A DNA stretch of 64,000 nucleotides from Blastocladiella emersonii ATCC 22665 (lineage: Eukaryota; Fungi; Blastocladiomycota), in the NCBI GenBank assembly GCA_025594325.1, contig JANHCV010000004.1, positions 124,001-188,000 of the forward strand, read 5' to 3'. Position 1 is the stretch's first letter, and each line of letters opens with the position of its first letter. This document shows positions 57,636 to 64,000 of this stretch, one piece after another. The translations under genes and the position numbers were made by a program. The notes beneath the pieces are model-generated. The model was given only the letters and a program-made list of their open reading frames with translations. It made no database searches and was not told the origin of the DNA.

Positions 57636-59435
57636 TCAAGGGTTGTACGTCCACTTGACGCCGTTGGCCTCGTCGACGGTGCAGCACCGGTCAACGACGG
57701 CGCGGACGTGCTCGCGGACGCCGATCTTGCCAGCGCCGACCTGCATCTCAAAGTTCTGCAGCGGCTGGGCGTCGGCGGTCACGTTGCGGCGCATGGCGTT
57801 GAGGTCGGCGATGCCGTCGGCCACGAGCCCGCGCAGGGGCCAGTGCTCGGCGAACCAGAGCTCGACGGCCTCGCGCGACTCGAACGCGTAGTCGCCGACC
57901 GCGGGCTCCTCGCCGCGCACCACGGACCGGATGTCGGCCTCGCTCGGCAGCGCCAGGAAACGGTGCGGGTACGCGTCGTACGTCGACGCGCGCAGCAGCG
58001 GCAGCGGCGCCAGCGTCGACGCGGGCTCCACCAGCGCGTCCATGTCGGCCGACGACATGGTCTTGGACGCCCACTGCGGCTCGGTCGCGGGCTTGTTGAC
58101 GAGCTTGGCCGTCACGCCCTCGACGAAATCGGGGTGGCGCTACGTCGCGGGCAAACGAGTCAGATCCGTGGCTGTCTCCGCGGGCCGCAGAGGGCAGAGC
58201 TCGTACCATGATGTTGTTGACGAGGCCCCACTCGAAGCGGAAGGCCGAGGCAATGTCGAGGTCCTTGCCCTTGCGGACCTGGCGCAGGGTGAGGTGGAGC
58301 GAGAGCGGCGACATGCCCTGGAGGGTCTTGAGCGTCTTCTTGGCAAAGTCAGAGCCGTCCTGCTCGAGGGCCTTGAGGATGGCGTCGATCGAGTCGTGCT
58401 TGAAGCACTTGTCGATGACGGCGCGGTGGGCGTCAATGGAGGCGGGGCCGGCGGGCTCGGCAAACTCCTCGATGGCGGCGTTGACGACGCCCCAGTCCGA
58501 GACCTCGAGCTCGCACAGGCGCTCGGTCAGGGCCGGGAGGCGCTCCGACGGCACGTAGTGGGTGGCGATGCGGGTGGCGACCACGTCGCTGCCCGTCAGG
58601 CGCGCGCCGGTCAGGGCGAGGTAGGTGCCGAGCTCGCCGTCGAGGCGCGGCAGGAAGAAGGTGCCGCCGACGTCGGGGAACAGGCCGATGGCGGTCTCGG
58701 GCATGGCGAACATGGTCTTCTCGGTCGCGACGCGGAAGGGCGCGTGCACCGACACGCCGACGCCGCCGCCCACTACGCACGAGAGTTTGGGTTAGGGCGC
58801 GGGTTTGGGGTCGTTGCGAGCAAGGGCACGTACTGGTGATGCCGTCAATGAGGGCAACGTAGGGCTTCGGGGTGGTGGCGATGAGGTGGTTGAGGGCGTA
58901 CTCCTCCTTCATGAACTGCGTTGCCTGCTCGGGGTTGCCGCGCTTGATGTGGTCGACGAGCGCTAGACGGATGCACGGACGACGTGAGTACACGACTAGT
59001 TGCGCGCCTCCAAGAGCGCAGAAACGTACTCTTGACGTCGCCGCCGGCGCAAAAGGCCTTGGGGTGGTCGGACTTGAGGATGACGACGTTGCACATGTCG
59101 CTCGACTCCCAGGCCTGCAGCTGCGGGGTCATGGTGCGGATCATGTCGAGGTTGAGGGCGTTGTAGACGGCGGGCCGGTTGAAGGTGAAGATGCGGCCGC
59201 CGAGGTTCTTGCGTTGCAGCACCTCGAGCGTGCTGCTGCTGCTGGCGGCGGGCGCGGACGCGGCCTGCGCGGCAGCCGACGACGTCGAGAACGACTAGAC
59301 GCACGGGGGACGGGATGGGCCGCGTGAGGGGGTCGGTCGAGAGTCGGGGCGGCCACCTATGGTTGCGGGTACCATGGACGGGCGGAGCGAGCGCGCCAGG
59401 AGGTGGACGCGGGACGTGGCGGCGCGCGAGTACAT
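57636..59435 (-). CDS. HIBCH: 3-hydroxyisobutyryl-CoA hydrolase, mitochondrial (multi-exon)
   Basis: Arg/Ser-rich presequence, [67 protein letters not shown]. Confidence 0.93.
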
Positions 59436-59971
59436 GGTAACGGATCGAGGGTGCCCGAAGCGAGGAGGAGAGAGAGAGGATGGGTCGACCCGGGGCGCTG
59501 GCGACGAAAGCTCGGCGTCGGGGGCGTGCGAGCGGCGGTGTTGGGGCAAGGGGCTGGATCGGATCGAGTGCGGCGAGTGGCGCGCGCACGTTGCGTGGAG
59601 TTGCGTAGCAAGGGGGCGGGTGGTTCCTCGGGGGGAGAGGGGAAGCGAGCAGGTCGGCAACAAAGTGGGGTCGGCGAGCGGTCACCCCGCGCGCGATGCG
59701 AGTGGCGGCCCGCGACCCGCGCGAGGATCCGCCGCCTCGGGCCCACGCGGCCCCGCTTTCCCGACGCGCGCATGAGGTGCAGGGCGAGGATCCCCAACAA
59801 CTCAAGTCAGCGTGGAAGGCAAGCGTGAAAGTTCATTCGGGTCGGGCGGGCCACTTTCAGGAGGCTCTCGGGTCGCGGTGGCCGTGTGCACAGGCTGTCC
59901 GCGGACACACGCGCTACTTTGGCTGGGAGTCAGACGCAGATCATATACGGTAATAGTGGCCCCCGAATCAG

Positions 59972-60044
59972 GCCTGCCTGGCGCAATGGTTAGCGCTTTG
60001 GACTTCTAATCCAAGGGTTGCGGGTTCGAGTCCCGCGGTGGGTG
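59972..60044 (+). tRNA. tRNA-Arg(TCT), intronless
   Basis: Acceptor GCCTGCC/GGTGGGT, D arm GCGC-AATGGTTA-GCGC, anticodon arm TTGGA-CTTCTAA-TCCAA, T arm GCGGG-TTCGAGT-CCCGC; T-rich tract downstream. Confidence 0.95.
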
Positions 60045-60197
60045 CTTTCTTTTCGTTTTGGATCACTGTCGGCGTTGGACGTCAGTCCCCCGTCGACGAC
60101 GCGACGGAGAGAGCACAGCGCGATGGGCAGGTCATGGTCACACAAAAAGATTCGATTCTCGGGTACTCGCATACACACACGACGCAACCGCGCCGAT

Positions 60198-61901
60198 TTA
60201 CTTGGTCGACGCCGTCTGCGTGAGCGGGGCCGCGGCCGTGGTGGCGGGGGCGTCGGGGAGGTACTTGTACGGGTTCATGATGCCGTGCGGGTCGAAGAGC
60301 TGCTTGACGGCGCGCATGGTGGCAATCGACACGGCGTCCTTGGAGTAGTGGAGGAACCGTGGCTTCATGAGCCCGAGGCCGTGCTCGGCGGAAATGGACC
60401 CGCGGTGCTGCGCGACCCACTCGTAGATGAACGGCTCGAGCGCGTTGACGACCTCGGGCGAGTAGTCGTCGGCCGACACGTTGAGGTGCAGGTTGCCGTC
60501 GCCGACGTGGCCGTACCCGATCACGCTGCGCACCCCGGGGACCTTGAGGTCGCGCATCCGCTGCCGCGTCGCCTCGACCAGCTCGTACAGCACGGGCACC
60601 GGCATCGACACGTCGTACTTGAACACGGCGCCGTCCTTGGAGCACGCCTCGGGGATCGACTCGCGGATCGACCACATGGCCGCGCTCTGCGTCCCGTCCT
60701 GCGCTACGGCCCCGTCCACGGCCACCCCGTTCTCGAGCAGCTGCTCGAGGTACGCGTCGAGCTTGGCCGTGTTGTGGTCGGCGTCGGCGCCCGCCGTCTC
60801 GATGAGGATCTGGAACTTTGGTTTGCGCAGCGGGTTGCGCAGCCACGGGAGGTGCGACTCGACGAGCTCGCTCGCGGCCGTGTCCCAGAACTCGAAGGCC
60901 GACAGCGTCTCGCCGAGGTCGCGGCGCGCGGCGAGGAAGGCGGCCTGCACGCCGGCGTAGTCGTCGACGGCCAGGGTCGCGACGTGGGTGGCGCGCGGGC
61001 GGACCGGGGTCAGCACGGCGACGGCGGTGATGATGCCGAGCACGCCCTCGGACCCAATGAACAGCTGCTTGAGGTCGAGCCCCGTGTTGTCCTTGCGCAG
61101 CGAGGTCAGGTTGTCGAGCACGGTGCCGTCGGGGAGGACGGCCTCAATGCCGAGGACGGACCCGTGCAGCGACCCGTAGCGCAGCAGGCGCAGACCACCC
61201 GCGTTGGTGGCCACGTTGCCGCCAATGTGGCAGCTGCCCTTGGCGCCGAGGTCGAGCGGCATCATGTGGCCGCGCTGGGCGACGTAGTTGTCGAGGACCT
61301 CGAGGATGCACCCGGCGTCGGCGACCACGACGCCGCTGACGGGGTCAAACGACCGCACCTTGTTGAGGTTGGACAGGTTGACGACCACCTCGTCGAAGAC
61401 GGGGACGGACCCGCCGACGAGCCCCGTGTTGCCGCCCTGCGGGACGACGGCGAGGCGGTTGGCGGAGCAGTAGCGCATGATGGCGGCGACCTGGTCCGTG
61501 GACTGCGGCTTGAGCACGACGGTGGCCTGGCCGCGGTACTTGCGCATCCAGTCCATGTTGTAGGGCAGCAGGTCGTCGTGGGCCGGGTCGGCGGCGTGCA
61601 CGACGGCGCTCGCGGGCAGGATCGACTTGAAGTGGGCCACGTCCGCGTCGGTCAGCGCTTTGAACGCCGGGTTGCGCGTGAGCGACGTGTCGCGCTGCGC
61701 CGTCGGCTTGGGCACCTTGTTGCCGGCGAGCGCGGCGGGCGTGGTCGAGAAGCCTCGCGCCGGTCCAGCGGCAGCGGCGGCGGCGGCGGTTGCTGCAGCG
61801 AGCGTGGCGAGGCGAGGGGCCGCAGCAGCACGCATGGCAGCGGCGGCGGCGTGGGGGCGCAGGGCGCGGCAGGCGACCGAGCGCAACAGAGCAGGATGCA
61901 T
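60198..61901 (-). CDS. DLD2: D-2-hydroxyglutarate/D-lactate dehydrogenase, FAD-linked, mitochondrial
   Basis: Ala/Arg presequence, PQGGNTGLVGGSVPVFDE, IGGNVATNAGG, KDNTGLDLKQLFIGSEG, GHVGDGNLH and SISAEHGLG. Confidence 0.95.
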   Translation of the reverse strand: MHPALLRSVACRALRPHAAAAAMRAAAAPRLATLAAATAAAAAAAGPARGFSTTPAALAGNKVPKPTAQRDTSLTRNPAFKALTDADVAHFKSILPASAVVHAADPAHDDLLPYNMDWMRKYRGQATVVLKPQSTDQVAAIMRYCSANRLAVVPQGGNTGLVGGSVPVFDEVVVNLSNLNKVRSFDPVSGVVVADAGCILEVLDNYVAQRGHMMPLDLGAKGSCHIGGNVATNAGGLRLLRYGSLHGSVLGIEAVLPDGTVLDNLTSLRKDNTGLDLKQLFIGSEGVLGIITAVAVLTPVRPRATHVATLAVDDYAGVQAAFLAARRDLGETLSAFEFWDTAASELVESHLPWLRNPLRKPKFQILIETAGADADHNTAKLDAYLEQLLENGVAVDGAVAQDGTQSAAMWSIRESIPEACSKDGAVFKYDVSMPVPVLYELVEATRQRMRDLKVPGVRSVIGYGHVGDGNLHLNVSADDYSPEVVNALEPFIYEWVAQHRGSISAEHGLGLMKPRFLHYSKDAVSIATMRAVKQLFDPHGIMNPYKYLPDAPATTAAAPLTQTASTK

Positions 61902-63055
61902 GGTAGTGCGTGTGGGGTATTGTTGGGTGCGTGTGGAGCGAGGAGAGAGGGGACGGGAGCCGAGCCATGGACGGGGAGGGGGCGAGAACGCAGAGCGAGG
62001 CGATCGGAGCACGCGCCACGCGACACGCGACTTTCTCCGATGCGGCACGCGCAACGTGACTCTTGACGCGTCGCTATCACGGCGCACCGCGTCGCCGTGC
62101 GAGACACCCGCGAGACACGCCTGGCCTGCCCTCCCGGTTCCCGCCGACCGACCCCTCTGGCCTGTTCAGAGCTGCGCCACCATGCTGCTTCTGGAGCGCG
62201 CAAGCCTGTGGGCGCCGCCGCGCTGCAATTCTTCCGGCTGACTCAACGCAGTTATCCGGAAGAATACGTACATTCGGGGCCGCCGCTGCACACGCACGCG
62301 CCGCGTCCGTTGTTGATGGTCGCCGCGCGGATGACGCACTGCGTGGCGCGATCTTGGACGGTCTGGTGCTGACCCTTGGGCGCTGGCCGCCGTCTACAAA
62401 AGGCGAGCGCTGCCCCGCCCTGGTCGTTGCCCACGTCCGACGCCCTGCCACCCACCCCTCATCGCTCATCTCTCCACTCGTGCTCAAGCGCTGGCGTACA
62501 TGTGCGTCCATCATCGTGGTCTCCCCCGCCGTCGCCCCCTTCCGTCCGCCCCGAAGCCGCGGAACCGATTGCCGGCCCTTGCACCGTGTCGCACGGAGTG
62601 CGGCCCGCGGAAAAATGCGTGCGGCCCTCGATCCAGGGTTCCGAGCACGCCGCCGATGGCCGATCCCGAGGACTCGCTGACGCGACGCCCGGGATGCGCC
62701 GCACGGCAAGCAAGCGTCTCCCGCGCCGTGACAAAGCCTTCAGAGGGCTTCTCGATCGCCGCCGCGGACACACGCTCCGACGCGTCGCGCCTGCCGCCCT
62801 GCCCGCCGCCTGCCCGCCGCCCCCGGAAACCCTCTTCTCCTCCCTCGTCCGCCGCCACTACACCCCCCTCGCTTGCACATGCACTTGCACACTTGCCGCC
62901 GCCGAACCCTCGCGTGCTGACACCACCCCCCGACCGCCCCCGCGACCGCAGATTTTCATCGCCGCCCCGATTGCGCCACAGCCCGACCGCAAGCACCGCT
63001 GCCCACCCACCCGTCCCTGTCCTTATAACCCGGAGCCCCCGCCGTCGCCTCCGCC

Positions 63056-64000
63056 ATGGCCAGCGACCATCCTCCCTCCACCGGCCCTCCGCGCGCCTCC
63101 GATCCGCTCCTCGGCCCCGCTGCCGCTCCCGCCGCTGCGACGACCTCTGACGTCGGCGCCCTCCTCCCCGGCAGTACCCAGCAGTACTCGCCCGTCTCTA
63201 CCCGCGATCCCGACGTGGTCCCCGTCCCCGCGAACCCGTCGCCGCCCTCGTCCCTCCCCAACCACACCTCCACCGCCAACACGGCCGCTGCCCAACCCGC
63301 TGATACCAAGAACGACGTCCCGCTCGAGCCCATCATGGCCGCTGCTGACGACACGACCAAGGTCGACTCCGCCGCCAAGGACGCACCCGCTGCCGCGCCG
63401 CCCGCCAACGTGCTTCCGTTCGGCCAGCTGTTCAAGTACGCCGACGGGACTGACAAGCTGCTGATGCTTGTCGGCCTCATTGGCGCCGCGGGCTACGGCG
63501 TGCTGACCCCGATTCTGTCCGTGATCCTCGGCGACATTGTGCAGCCGTTCCTCGTGTACGAGGGCGTGCGCGCGACGCCCGGCCTGCCGCCCGCCGTCGT
63601 GGCCGCGGCGCTCGACACGCTGCGCAAGCGCGTCATCGACCAGGTCATCTTCTTTGTCGCCGTCGGCCTCGGCACCATGGTCGCCGCCTACCTGATGCAG
63701 GCCATGTGGATGTGGGCCGGCGAGCGCCAGGCCCGCCGCGTCCGCACAAAGTTCATCAACGCCGTCATGGCCCAGGACCTCGCCTGGTTCGACTCCCACA
63801 AGGCCGGCGACCTCACCACCCAGCTCACCTCCGACACGCTCATGTACCAGGAGGGCATCTCCGAGAAGGCCTCGCAGGCGTTTGCCTACACGATCCAGTT
63901 CATCTCGGGCTTCGCCATCGCCTTCACCCAGTCGTGGCGCCTCACCCTCGTCCTGATCGCGACGCTGCCCGCCTTCGGCATCTCGGGCATCGTCGTCGGC
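63056..64000 (+). CDS. ABCB (MDR/P-glycoprotein) transporter, 3'-partial
   Basis: FGQLFKYADGTDKLLM, WMWAGERQARRVR, QDLAWFD, GDLTTQLTSD and FAIAFTQSWRLTL. The frame stays open to the window end. Confidence 0.92.
   Translation, partial: MASDHPPSTGPPRASDPLLGPAAAPAAATTSDVGALLPGSTQQYSPVSTRDPDVVPVPANPSPPSSLPNHTSTANTAAAQPADTKNDVPLEPIMAAADDTTKVDSAAKDAPAAAPPANVLPFGQLFKYADGTDKLLMLVGLIGAAGYGVLTPILSVILGDIVQPFLVYEGVRATPGLPPAVVAAALDTLRKRVIDQVIFFVAVGLGTMVAAYLMQAMWMWAGERQARRVRTKFINAVMAQDLAWFDSHKAGDLTTQLTSDTLMYQEGISEKASQAFAYTIQFISGFAIAFTQSWRLTLVLIATLPAFGISGIVVG

Overview
GC-rich eukaryotic genomic DNA with short (about 55-90 nt) GT-AG introns (donors gtacgc/gtgcgc/gtgcgt, branch points of the CTRAY type). 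Gene content and style suggest an early-diverging fungus, possibly Blastocladiomycota; this is inference only. Recognisable genes: NBS1 (5'-partial), a metallo-beta-lactamase-fold hydrolase, tRNA-Gly(TCC), UGO1-like, ERG7, MTQ2/N6AMT1, alanine aminotransferase, a TMX-like thioredoxin, SRP14, SQS1-like, a DUF4470 protein, TM9SF3, TLS1/C9orf78-like, HIBCH, tRNA-Arg(TCT), DLD2/D2HGDH and an ABCB transporter (3'-partial). The dominant structure is a 10,196-bp inverted repeat (9216-19411 and 45054-55249; every mirrored coordinate pair sums to 64465) enclosing a 25.6-kb gene-rich core. Each arm carries two F-box-like paralogs (one split by an in-frame TGA) and an orphan membrane protein. At both ends the identical arms fade into older, clearly diverged homology. 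This consists of a decayed shared gene at the inner ends, and diverged acidic tails, 3' UTRs and even the ERG7 C-terminal extension at the outer ends. The pattern points to an ancient palindrome-like amplicon recently homogenised by arm-to-arm conversion or re-duplication, with a potentially invertible core. All alignments were done by eye and no database searches were run, so family names rest on recognised motifs.
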